From an archaeon (GTDB taxonomy: Archaea; Asgardarchaeota; Thorarchaeia; Thorarchaeales; Thorarchaeaceae), in NCBI GenBank assembly GCA_024276825.1, contig JAJRWI010000074.1, forward strand, positions 1 to 24,194: a DNA stretch of 24,194 nt, written 5' to 3'. Positions within the stretch are counted from its first letter, which is position 1, and every line of letters begins with the position of its first letter. Shown here piece after piece: positions 10,101-17,545 of this stretch. A model generated the notes under the pieces. The model saw only the letters and a list, made by a program, of their open reading frames with translations, did not search any database and had not been told where the DNA came from. The position numbers were made by a program, and so were the translations under genes.

Positions 10101-10520
10101 CAATCGGTCCAACATTTCCAAGTTAAGCACAGAAGTGTTTCCTGAAGAGTAGTCAATAACGGACTTTGAAAGGTGAGCATCCATCAGATGAAGCCTGATC
10201 ATGTTAGCCCCAGCAGCAGTGAGTACATCTATCAGACTGTCAACTTGATCCACAGTTAGGAAGCACATCTGATCCACGAGATTTATCCCCCAGAATCGGG
10301 CCCTCGTTCCATCCTCAAAATAGAGATGTCCATCATGACTTGTAACAAAGCCATGCACACTTGTATTAGGGGCCTGCAAGTCCATGTTAGGAGGATATTG
10401 AATTGGAACTGGCTCATCAGGAAGCTGTGATGTTACTTCGGGAGTAATGAATAATAAGAAAGTCAAAAGGAACAATAGAGCAATTATGTATCTATGGCGA
10501 GAGGGAGTCAATTGCACCAC
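7101..10520 (-). CDS. Secreted, C-terminally membrane-anchored clan GH-A glycoside hydrolase (GH5/GH148-like TIM barrel) with Ig-like C-terminal domains
   Basis: Signal peptide (RHRYIIALLFLLTFLLFI). Motifs RFWGINL, GANMIRLH, RLDYLIY..GIYVYLDL, HVNSYTGLALVDDP, acid/base ITNEN, nucleophile VREWN, QQDWDGV. C-terminus has a Thr/Pro linker, TM helix and RRKK tail. Confidence 0.85.
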   Translation of the reverse strand: MVQLTPSRHRYIIALLFLLTFLLFITPEVTSQLPDEPVPIQYPPNMDLQAPNTSVHGFVTSHDGHLYFEDGTRARFWGINLVDQMCFLTVDQVDSLIDVLTAAGANMIRLHLMDAHLSKSVIDYSSGNTSVLNLEMLDRLDYLIYKCGQSGIYVYLDLLDGREFLESDGVVNASQLHPQAKVVSIFDDHLIELQKQYATNLLSHVNSYTGLALVDDPTIAVVEITNENGMFWDLVGDVKSWAGIPEPYYSELQSKWNDWLVQEYSTRQNLDDSWTDNYGTHGLLADEDPTAGTVRLPDVVEAWKQTAGARSYDDSSVGHARANDGSRFAYDLLKEYYSTMKQHLRSLGVRVPIGASDNQWQVHPPNQRAIKECLDFSAAGYYHDHPSFSDTPLMTIRNTPELFEDTESILPILSSQKIAGVPMIVREWNDVFPNDYRCESMIQMATFAAQQDWDGVLIHHFADDFYSLSEGEQRTLWWSTLHDPARWSQFSVAARIFLKQLVTPFDRVIDIGFSFTDTFYAAHFDDPWYYRVAPYFGRVQNYYFDDVYNGTADMVIGSMRTNGATYPGTGSTKTVIVAPYYWFCDLYNKEFNQTATAKRLHSGLVFQDGSSNGTGHFIDFGYDNMDITWSYFYAISKSSLPSGAVSFGDTTDGQWCVGFVDDSSVIMSVWDYKEESTSLYHDLDYSPQSGSDHNVFEIKRHDSLAARIFIDSMHHWSLSSMNHSYWDQRTWEDPSGIWVRNETSGVFTLGTAYIAAVVGFANGTTEVGGITFESDNHHFAASVLSVDGLPISSSHHIVFTAVADAWNTNQQLALNYDSQAGTAYSYMGNWDYVGTNPVIYEDVFVRAYFSRDINASVILRGLYGEAKYVFKTISNSLYLSTNTTHATNTVALDIYIEPSPPEVVSVEPTASVALARESQPVYLTVNLTGPDIKNVTLWYSSESNIFQPTLLRYVSGGIFCGELPGGEYGQITEYYFEIYDIFDQVTVVNAGSTNYTVEWTDSVHPNIIDVSYSPSSPTFGTEVTLTCTIIDENSDVDHVSIRYSVGNSDFSETMRETGNNLFTAEIINSANNTDLDVTITALDIAGNSATLTITIHYTEPTTTPTSGTLDLTDMELIMVGGAVLGVVFIVLILRRKKSS

Positions 10521-10536
10521 CGAGTTTCAATCGTGA

Positions 10537-10557
10537 CACATGGCATGTGATATATTT
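10537..10557 (-). promoter_or_regulatory. Candidate promoter of the glycoside hydrolase gene: TATA-like AAATATAT plus perfect palindrome CACATG-N-CATGTG
   Basis: Palindrome at 10537-10549 lies between the AT-rich box (10550-10557) and the GTG start at 10520. Confidence 0.3.
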
Positions 10558-10610
10558 GTCGCATGCAAATTATGGATGAACCGCATGGGACAGAGTGTGT
10601 GGTACACTAT

Positions 10611-11177
10611 TCACTTTGCTCGCGTATCAATGGTTTCCTTTGGTAGCTCAAACTCCATTCTCTCATAGCCGCCAACTTGGAGACCCTCATAGGCCCACAA
10701 TAGTACGAAGTCGTCATAGATCTCATACTCCAGCAATGTGTCAATCTCATGGATTCGTGTCCCTGTGGGGTATCTCCAGATTATCTCAAAATCATAGGGT
10801 GCAACCTCTTCTTCAAGCCAGGTTTCAACCTTGTTCAGGCCTTGCTTAAACCTGCCAGCAAAGTCAATCAGGTAAACAACCCCAACAACTTCAGACATGC
10901 CCTTTGGAAAAATGTCGACATAGCGAACGATGGACTTTACTCTCTCATGATTGATCTCAACACGTTCTCTATCCAGAAAGTATTGCATGTTTGATACAAG
11001 CTTTTCTATCTCCTTGGCAAGAAGGGCATCATCATTCACCACTCGCTTGTAATAGCCATCTGGATCGAGATATTCAAAACACAGTCGCTCATGAATCTCC
11101 CCAGTAATTGAAACTGAAAAGAAAGACTCTGCGTGTAATGGTTCAACCATCTCTTCATCAGACAGCATTTTAATCAC
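10611..11177 (-). CDS. Acidic hypothetical protein (~185 aa; likely start ATG at 11168)
   Basis: Clean ORF. AGGTGA SD overlaps the upstream gene's TAG and precedes the ATG at 11168. C-terminal GGYERMEF. Confidence 0.8.
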   Translation of the reverse strand: MIKMLSDEEMVEPLHAESFFSVSITGEIHERLCFEYLDPDGYYKRVVNDDALLAKEIEKLVSNMQYFLDRERVEINHERVKSIVRYVDIFPKGMSEVVGVVYLIDFAGRFKQGLNKVETWLEEEVAPYDFEIIWRYPTGTRIHEIDTLLEYEIYDDFVLLWAYEGLQVGGYERMEFELPKETIDTRAK

Positions 11178-12179
11178 CTATTCTAATGGAACCGCATTAA
11201 TGTTCATATGGGATAGATGTTGGCTGAACTCATTAGCATTGCTGGTGAAGCAATAAACAACTCTGGCACCCACTTCTTGAACGAACCTCACAAGTCGGTT
11301 GAAGTCGCAGTGTGCACTCAATGGAAAATTGTTGCCAGAGAAGTCATTCAACGACCACCCAGTGAGATTCACAACCTGCGACTTGTTCTCAATCTCATAT
11401 TTGCCCAGATTGGCTTGTTTCTCAATTCTTCTAATTGTGGACCTCGGTTGTGAACTGATAATAGCACATCCCATGTCGATATACTCGTGAACATGGGGTG
11501 AGTCAGGACTGATGCTCTTGAGATTTGCCCCATATTTGTTATATGCCTTGTTGACTTTTTCAATAGTGTAGTTACCAGTGATTGTGAGAATCTTCTGCTT
11601 TTGCAATAATGCAATGGCCTCTTGAGCCTTGCCAAGTGAATAGGCGTAAAGTATCGGAAGTCTTCCGCTCTCAATTATTGAAACAACGCGTTCTGTGATT
11701 GCCTTATGAATCTCCAGGCGTTCGGGAAACACCCATTGAGGAGACCCATATGTCGCCTCTGTGATAAGCACATCAGCAGGGACTGGTTCAGCCGCCTTGT
11801 GGACTATACTGTCTTCAGTGTTATAGTCGCCAGTATAGAGAACACTCAGACCATCACCGTATTTTATTAGAAACATCGTGGAGCCGAGTACGTGGCCTGC
11901 ATTCAATGATGTGATCTCGATGCCATGAAAGTCAAGAGTCTGACCATAATCAAGAGATATATGCTCCCAAGAGACCGAGCCCCCACGGGCCCTGAATGTG
12001 TCGATGGTTGCATCTGTCGCCACAACCTGAAATGCTCTGCCAAGATTAGTAATATGGTCAGCGTGTGCATGTGATAGGAGGGTCATGGTACGTGGTGCCC
12101 CAGTATCAAGTCCAATATCGATCCCCATATAGCTCAGGATAAATCCTGGACCATGTTTGTAAATCTTGACCGCATTCAT
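11178..12179 (-). CDS. MBL-fold metallo-hydrolase, beta-CASP family nuclease
   Basis: SHAHADH (motif 2), AGHVLGS (motif 3), YTGD (motif 4), TEATYG (motif A), AYSLGKAQE, LSAHCD (motif B). Confidence 0.9.
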   Translation of the reverse strand: MNAVKIYKHGPGFILSYMGIDIGLDTGAPRTMTLLSHAHADHITNLGRAFQVVATDATIDTFRARGGSVSWEHISLDYGQTLDFHGIEITSLNAGHVLGSTMFLIKYGDGLSVLYTGDYNTEDSIVHKAAEPVPADVLITEATYGSPQWVFPERLEIHKAITERVVSIIESGRLPILYAYSLGKAQEAIALLQKQKILTITGNYTIEKVNKAYNKYGANLKSISPDSPHVHEYIDMGCAIISSQPRSTIRRIEKQANLGKYEIENKSQVVNLTGWSLNDFSGNNFPLSAHCDFNRLVRFVQEVGARVVYCFTSNANEFSQHLSHMNINAVPLE

Positions 12180-12203
12180 CTATTTATCACGCTACCATGT
12201 ATA

Positions 12204-13100
12204 TCATAGTTTCTTCCGCATCAGTTGTAACTCTCTTGTACTTATTTCTCCAGACATGACCCTCGCAATCTCTTGAATGTAGTCCAATTGACCAGTTCCA
12301 GCAATTGGGAAATCAACACGCGAGAATTCACCACCAGCAATAGAGGACAGTAGTGATATCATTTGATGGGGATAAATGGCCTCTGTGTCGATTAAGAAGG
12401 GGGCAACGATCAATTGGTTGTCAAAAACTTCACATCCAAGAATAGCTATAATTCTATTATTTCTGGCCAAAGTGTTGAGATTCTTTCTCCGCAGCGAGAG
12501 ATCAAAGGCACACCAGAAGTGAGAGCAATCCACACCCGCTTGTTTGTAATGACTCCAATAGAACTTCAGGGAGCCTTCAATGTCCAATGAGTCATCAGGA
12601 GTCAAGTCATGGTCAGCGGTTGGAATCTCTGAGATATTATCGATTGTGACATGATATAGTTCATGAACTGCTTCAAAACCAATCTTCTCAAGAGTATCAA
12701 TCATGCAGGGATCTACACCAAATGCAAGTGGGAAGGGAAGGTCGAAAGTGGCACCGGAGGAGTTCACAAGCACGTCGACATTCTTGATTGACAGACTACG
12801 AAAATATGGTATTGATGACTTGATCACTACATAGCCAGTTTCATCGATATATTGCGATTTAATGATAATATCTATCAGAGCCATTCCGAGCCGATATCTG
12901 TCAATGAATACAGCTGAACCACCGAATGTGTCATCGTTGAAAGACGAAACATAGAACAGACCATTCTCAAGACTAGAGAAGGAGGCGATCAGGTCTTCGG
13001 ATAGTAAGGCAGATGTGCGCTCCTTCAAAAGACCAATCCAAATTTCGGTCTCATCGTTTCCCAGCCTTCTGCTGAAAATGGTCTTACTCATGCCAATCAC
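12204..13100 (-). CDS. Hypothetical protein, probably a divergent (tandem) GNAT-fold acetyltransferase
   Basis: FYVS..NDDTFGGSAVF, ALIDIIIKSQY..TG.VVIKSSIPYFR..IKNVDVLVN and TLEKIGFE follow GNAT secondary-structure order. The acetyl-CoA motif is degenerate. Confidence 0.55.
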   Translation of the reverse strand: MIGMSKTIFSRRLGNDETEIWIGLLKERTSALLSEDLIASFSSLENGLFYVSSFNDDTFGGSAVFIDRYRLGMALIDIIIKSQYIDETGYVVIKSSIPYFRSLSIKNVDVLVNSSGATFDLPFPLAFGVDPCMIDTLEKIGFEAVHELYHVTIDNISEIPTADHDLTPDDSLDIEGSLKFYWSHYKQAGVDCSHFWCAFDLSLRRKNLNTLARNNRIIAILGCEVFDNQLIVAPFLIDTEAIYPHQMISLLSSIAGGEFSRVDFPIAGTGQLDYIQEIARVMSGEISTRELQLMRKKL

Positions 13101-13172
13101 TATCCCTTGAACCTTGGAATCAAGTCTTTATCAATTCTCTTGATTGAACCATCATTAGACGAACTAGTGCAT

Positions 13173-13226
13173 TGCCATAATGCATGATTATTAGCTAAAT
13201 CGAAGCAATTATTATTCATTATGGCA
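13173..13226. promoter_or_regulatory. Long imperfect inverted repeat in a divergent promoter region
   Basis: TGCCATAATG (13173-13182) and CATTATGGCA (13217-13226) are perfect 10-bp arms, extending imperfectly inward to about 23-24 bp. Confidence 0.5.
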
Positions 13227-13255
13227 CATTTTGTTATTGCAGAGGAAGGAGAGTA

Positions 13256-14245
13256 ATGCAGTCATTAGTACTCACAGACAATGGTCTCAGAATCGCTGAT
13301 AATCCCATTCCACCCATATTGCCTGGTGAAGTCAGAATTGAGATTCGTTCAGTTGGGATTTGCTCTACAGACCTAGCAATCTGGAGAGGCGAGTATTCTG
13401 TTGACCTGCCACTTATTCTTGGTCATGAGATCGCGGGAGTGATCCATGAGAGTACCGTGCCAGATATAGAGCCGGGAACCCATGTCACCTCCGAAGTGTT
13501 CATATCTTGTGGAAAATGCTGGTATTGTCAGAGGGGTCTCAATCACCTTTGTAATTCAGGTGATGTGCTTGGGGTCACTGTTGATGGGGGGATGGCAGAG
13601 TTTCTCAGTGTGCCTGCTGAAAACATCCATGTGCTTCCTGATGAAATTGATGATGTAAGTGCAACATTTATTGAACCACTCTCTTCAGCAATCAGAACCC
13701 TAGAACTTGTACCTGCAGAAAAGGATGAGATCGTTGTTGTCATGGGCTCGGGAAAGCTGGGTCTCCTTCTTGCTCAAGTATACGATGCAGCAGGGGCCGA
13801 GGTCTATCTACTGGGAAGAAACAAGTGGCAACTTGGCCTGGCAAAGAAGATTGGTCTCCGGAATACAATCAATATGTATGAGGTTGATTGGAAAGAAGAG
13901 ATCAAAAGCATTGCCAATGATGTTGGTCCAAGGATAGTAATTGAAGCGACAGGATCAATTGAGGGCATTAAGAATGCTATTGAAATTGTGAGAAGCCGTG
14001 GTGTGATTTCAGTAAAGAGCACTCATGGAAAGTTGATCGCCCTAAATCCCACAGATCTTGTCAGGAGAGAGATCACCATTGTGGGGTCTGGAACTGGCTC
14101 ATTCAAGAAAGCAATAGACGCGCTTGCGAAAGGGCGAATCGAGGTCAAGAGTCTTGTGTCAAAGATGTTCTCTCTTGAGGAAGGATCTGAAGCTTTTGAG
14201 TATGCAATGTTACCACAAGCAATGAAGGTCATCCTCAATGTCTGA
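13256..14245 (+). CDS. Zn-dependent medium-chain alcohol dehydrogenase (threonine/sorbitol dehydrogenase-like)
   Basis: GICSTD, LGHE, structural Zn site CGKCWYCQRGLNHLC, IEPLS, Rossmann GSGKLG, terminal KVILNV. Confidence 0.93.
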   Translation: MQSLVLTDNGLRIADNPIPPILPGEVRIEIRSVGICSTDLAIWRGEYSVDLPLILGHEIAGVIHESTVPDIEPGTHVTSEVFISCGKCWYCQRGLNHLCNSGDVLGVTVDGGMAEFLSVPAENIHVLPDEIDDVSATFIEPLSSAIRTLELVPAEKDEIVVVMGSGKLGLLLAQVYDAAGAEVYLLGRNKWQLGLAKKIGLRNTINMYEVDWKEEIKSIANDVGPRIVIEATGSIEGIKNAIEIVRSRGVISVKSTHGKLIALNPTDLVRREITIVGSGTGSFKKAIDALAKGRIEVKSLVSKMFSLEEGSEAFEYAMLPQAMKVILNV

Positions 14246-14254
14246 GGTATTCAG

Positions 14255-15517
14255 ATGAACGAATATGATGTTGACCTGCACATTCATTCTCGATATTCTA
14301 TTGGCGTCAGTAAGAACATGACTATTCCTAATATTGCAGTAGGAGCTAAACAAAAGGGACTCGAAATCGTTGGAACTGGAGATGCCACTCAACCAGATTG
14401 GTTGAAGCATCTAAAGGCCACATTAAGGAATAGAGATGGAACCTTAGAGTATAATGGAATGCACTATGCATTGACTGTTGAGATTGAAGACTCTGAGTCA
14501 ATCCACCATGTGGTAATCATGCCAGACTTTGACTCCATCGATAGCCTTAGGCAATCTCTGAGAAATAGCTCTGAGAACCTCGATCATAAATGGGGCGGAA
14601 GACCTAGGGTCAACATGAATGGTGAGAGATTGGCAGGAATAGTAAGAGACCTCGGGGGACTTGTGGGACCAGCTCATGCATTCACTCCGTTCCGTTCCAT
14701 CTTTCGTGAGAACAAATATAATGACCTAAAACAGTGTTATGGTTCTGAAACTGGCCATATACATTTTATTGAGCTTGGTCTATCAGCAGATAGTGAACTC
14801 GCAGACCATATACCGAGTATAAGAGACCTGACCTTTATCACATCAAGCGACGCTCATTCGCCATCACCTGCAAAGATTGGAAGGGAGCTTGTAAGGTTCA
14901 GAATGGAGGACCCCTCCTTCTCCGAGTTGAAAAAGGCCATATTACGGAAAGGTGGAAGGGGACCAGTCTTGAACATCGGTCTTGACCCACGACTCGGCAA
15001 GTATTATCTTTCATTCTGCCCGTCCTGCAGAAGAACAATAATCTTTGAGGAGGGAGAGGGTAGTCCGCAGTTCGATGAATTAAACATCTATATCTCTTAC
15101 AAAGACAAGAATGATCTTTCCAACATCCTCAAATCAATCCACTCTCGGAAAGTTTTCTGTCCAGTCGATGGTCGCCCACTAAGGCTGGGAGTGCGAGATC
15201 GTGCAAGAATGATTGGAAACCCCTCAAGTGAATCGCCGCCACATCGACCACCATATCTTCATATCCCACCCCTTCTTGACCTAATTGCAGATGCCATGAA
15301 AATCAAGTCAAGGTCATCAAAACGAGTCTGGAATATCTATAACACTTTGCGAGAACGGCTCGGTTCAGAAATAGAGATTCTTACAGGGGCAAAAATCAAC
15401 GAGATATCATCTATCGAGTCTAGTGTTGCAATGATGATTGATGCATATCGTAATGATAAAGTGGGGTATATTCCAGGTGGTGGAGGACGATATGGCCGCC
15501 TTGTAATGGAAGAATGA
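14255..15517 (+). CDS. endoQ: Endonuclease Q family PHP-domain DNA repair endonuclease (TIGR00375-type)
   Basis: DLHIHSRYS, GTGD, IHHVV, GPAHAFTPF, ELGLSAD, SDAHSP..IGRE, GLDPRLGKY, Zn domain, LGVRDR, RPPYLHIPPL, PGGGGRYG. Confidence 0.9.
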   Translation: MNEYDVDLHIHSRYSIGVSKNMTIPNIAVGAKQKGLEIVGTGDATQPDWLKHLKATLRNRDGTLEYNGMHYALTVEIEDSESIHHVVIMPDFDSIDSLRQSLRNSSENLDHKWGGRPRVNMNGERLAGIVRDLGGLVGPAHAFTPFRSIFRENKYNDLKQCYGSETGHIHFIELGLSADSELADHIPSIRDLTFITSSDAHSPSPAKIGRELVRFRMEDPSFSELKKAILRKGGRGPVLNIGLDPRLGKYYLSFCPSCRRTIIFEEGEGSPQFDELNIYISYKDKNDLSNILKSIHSRKVFCPVDGRPLRLGVRDRARMIGNPSSESPPHRPPYLHIPPLLDLIADAMKIKSRSSKRVWNIYNTLRERLGSEIEILTGAKINEISSIESSVAMMIDAYRNDKVGYIPGGGGRYGRLVMEE

Positions 15518-15520
15518 AGC

Positions 15521-15832
15521 ATGACTGTTGTACGCGGAATAATTAGAGAGATTGGCAGGAGCAAGACAACGCAGGTTATGCCTGGGCGTTGGCATGGTTC
15601 CACTAACATCATAGTTCAAGATGAGAAGGGATTAATATACAGCGTTCATCTCTCTGCAAGAACTATGGAGAAGTGTCGGTTTTTGCCTCGGGTTGGGATG
15701 AAAGTCATACTTCATGGCTTTGTCGAGGAAGCTGAATATGGCCTTAGTGATTTTATTGTCACTCGTGTCACTGACATCAAGCATGAGGGGGCTGGAATTA
15801 AACGCATCCTCAAGTTTGACGATGAGGACTAA
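15521..15832 (+). CDS. Small OB-fold nucleic-acid-binding-like protein (103 aa)
   Basis: VVRGIIREI...IIVQDEKGLIYSVHL...PRVGMKVILHGFV...FIVTRVTDI matches the five-stranded OB-fold pattern. Starts 3 nt after the EndoQ stop. Confidence 0.65.
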   Translation: MTVVRGIIREIGRSKTTQVMPGRWHGSTNIIVQDEKGLIYSVHLSARTMEKCRFLPRVGMKVILHGFVEEAEYGLSDFIVTRVTDIKHEGAGIKRILKFDDED

Positions 15833-16119
15833 CTCATGATGATAAAGCTTGTCGGTAGAATCCATTCAGAACGACATTTTGGACAACGGGAAGGAGTCCT
15901 TGCCTTCTTGCTGCTAAAAACAAATCCGCACTTGGCGCATGATGCGGGATGCATCACAAGTCTTTTCCCCCTTCTCCTCACAGAGCGAGATATATGATAC
16001 ATGTCCTCTTCCACTAGGGATCGTTCTTTGATATCAAGAAGTCCGCAGATATCTTTCACAGTCAGTGGAGCATCTACATTCTCAAGAAGCTCCGCTATCC
16101 GCTCTCTGCGTGTTGACAT
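15829..16119 (-). CDS. Transcriptional regulator, HTH fused to a Zn ribbon (COG3357-type, 96 aa)
   Basis: MSTRRERIAELL..PLTVKDI...VEEDMYHISRSV...PASCAKCGFVF...PSRCPKCRSEWI. The likely start is ATG at 16119, since the longer ORF call would overlap nreA. Confidence 0.88.
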   Translation of the reverse strand: MSTRRERIAELLENVDAPLTVKDICGLLDIKERSLVEEDMYHISRSVRRRGKRLVMHPASCAKCGFVFSSKKARTPSRCPKCRSEWILPTSFIIMS

Positions 16120-16236
16120 GTTTATCAGATTAAAATGATAACTAATATGTGAAATAGTTTGGGATTTACCAAATTCATTGATGCTCACACTAAAATGAGA
16201 ATATGGAAATAGTATTACAAGCTGAAGGTTCCCGAA

Positions 16237-17493
16237 ATGGTGCAAACACGACTGGCCCCCAACGCATTGACAAAGCCCACTCTAACTGAGGGTATGTGTG
16301 CTCAGTGCATGGGACACAGGCACCTTTGCGGGATTAATCCATGTCCAATTCTTTTGAGAGCAAAGTCACTTGTCAATATTCAATCAGCTGTGAAAGGCAG
16401 GACATTGTTTGGCTCGTCCCCACCAGGAGTCTTTGTTGGGGAGTTTGGCTATCCAAAGGTCCTCGTTGGCCCATTAGTCCCGCCCATACTCGGAGATGAA
16501 ACAGCCATCATGGAAAAGCCAGACCTCTGGCTTGATAAGACAATTAATGATATCATATCAATGCGTTTCAGTCTTGTGAGAACCAAGGCACCAATTCCTG
16601 TGGACTCGGTAATTGATGGGCCTCGATTTCTCCAGGAAACGCAAGCCCTAGCGCTGTCAGAACGTCCGACTGATTCGGAGGCTGTATTGATCAAGAAACC
16701 AACCTTTTCCACGCTCATCACGGGCCGAACTCTTCCTCTAGGCCCATCAGCACCTTTGGATGACTTTGTTCTTGAAGGCAACCCATCAATTCCCCGGGCA
16801 GTTGACAGGATCACCTCAGATACGGATGCAAATGCATCAACTGGCATTCTCGAGTTGTTTCAAGAAAGAGTTTCTACTCAGCATATCACTAGATTGTTCT
16901 CCATTGGCCTGGTGGGAGAGATAAGGCGAAGGCGTCTTGTCCCCACTCGTTGGAGCATTACAGCAGTGGATGATATTATTGGTAAGCAACTTCACAAGAG
17001 AGTGTTGCATTATCCAATGATTAATGACTATGAGGTATATTCTGCAAATGCCCTCGGAAATACTGTTGTCATCTTGCTACTTCCTACTGCATGGCAATAT
17101 GAGGCTCTAGAGTGCTGGTTAACAGGGGCCAATCTCAATGTCATTCAAGATGATGAAACCTACAAAGGAAGAAGCACTTACGCGAGCTCCGTAGTTGGAG
17201 CTTATTATGCGGCCCGCCTGCCCATCCTCGAGGTCTTGGACAGAAGGAGAAGACAGGCAGGAGTGATTGCATTTCTTGAAACCGATCCCAAGATATGGGT
17301 ACCTCTTGGAGTATGGAGATTCAGGTCTCTTGCAAAAAGAGCTCTGGAAGAGAGCGGTAAAAAATTCTCAACTCTTGAGGAATCACTTGATTTTATCAGG
17401 ACCAAGCTTCACAGCCCATTGCAAATCTGGTTGAACAGGAGTAGGGTCTACGAGCGACTGATCACACAGACCACCCTTGACGAGTTCTTATGA
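16237..17493 (+). CDS. nreA: Nre family DNA repair protein NreA
   Basis: CAQCMG..LCG..PCPIL, GSSPPGVFVGEFGYPKV.VGP, RRLVPTRWSITAVDD, VGAYYAARLPILE, VPLGVW, and C-terminal PIP box QTTLDEFL. Confidence 0.93.
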   Translation: MVQTRLAPNALTKPTLTEGMCAQCMGHRHLCGINPCPILLRAKSLVNIQSAVKGRTLFGSSPPGVFVGEFGYPKVLVGPLVPPILGDETAIMEKPDLWLDKTINDIISMRFSLVRTKAPIPVDSVIDGPRFLQETQALALSERPTDSEAVLIKKPTFSTLITGRTLPLGPSAPLDDFVLEGNPSIPRAVDRITSDTDANASTGILELFQERVSTQHITRLFSIGLVGEIRRRRLVPTRWSITAVDDIIGKQLHKRVLHYPMINDYEVYSANALGNTVVILLLPTAWQYEALECWLTGANLNVIQDDETYKGRSTYASSVVGAYYAARLPILEVLDRRRRQAGVIAFLETDPKIWVPLGVWRFRSLAKRALEESGKKFSTLEESLDFIRTKLHSPLQIWLNRSRVYERLITQTTLDEFL

Positions 17494-17545
17494 CATCATA
17501 CAATTTAAGAGATATATGATCAGACAGAAGTAGAGGAGATTAAAA

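Noticed and set aside
11168-11180. In-frame TAG joining the beta-CASP gene to the next ORF (possible pyrrolysine readthrough fusion)
   Set aside because: TAG-GTG-ATT-AAA-ATG contains an AGGTGA SD correctly placed for the downstream ATG, and the nuclease ends at a normal C-terminus. Ordinary translational coupling explains it.
7101-13100. Four consecutive minus-strand genes in the same reading frame (possible recoded polyprotein)
   Set aside because: The spacers contain additional in-frame stops of different types (two TAG in 12180-12203, a TGA near 10528), and each gene has its own initiation context.
16120-16245. 42-aa N-terminal extension of the HTH-Zn-ribbon ORF
   Set aside because: It overlaps the nreA start and spans the AT-rich divergent promoter. 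The family pattern begins at MSTRRERI.
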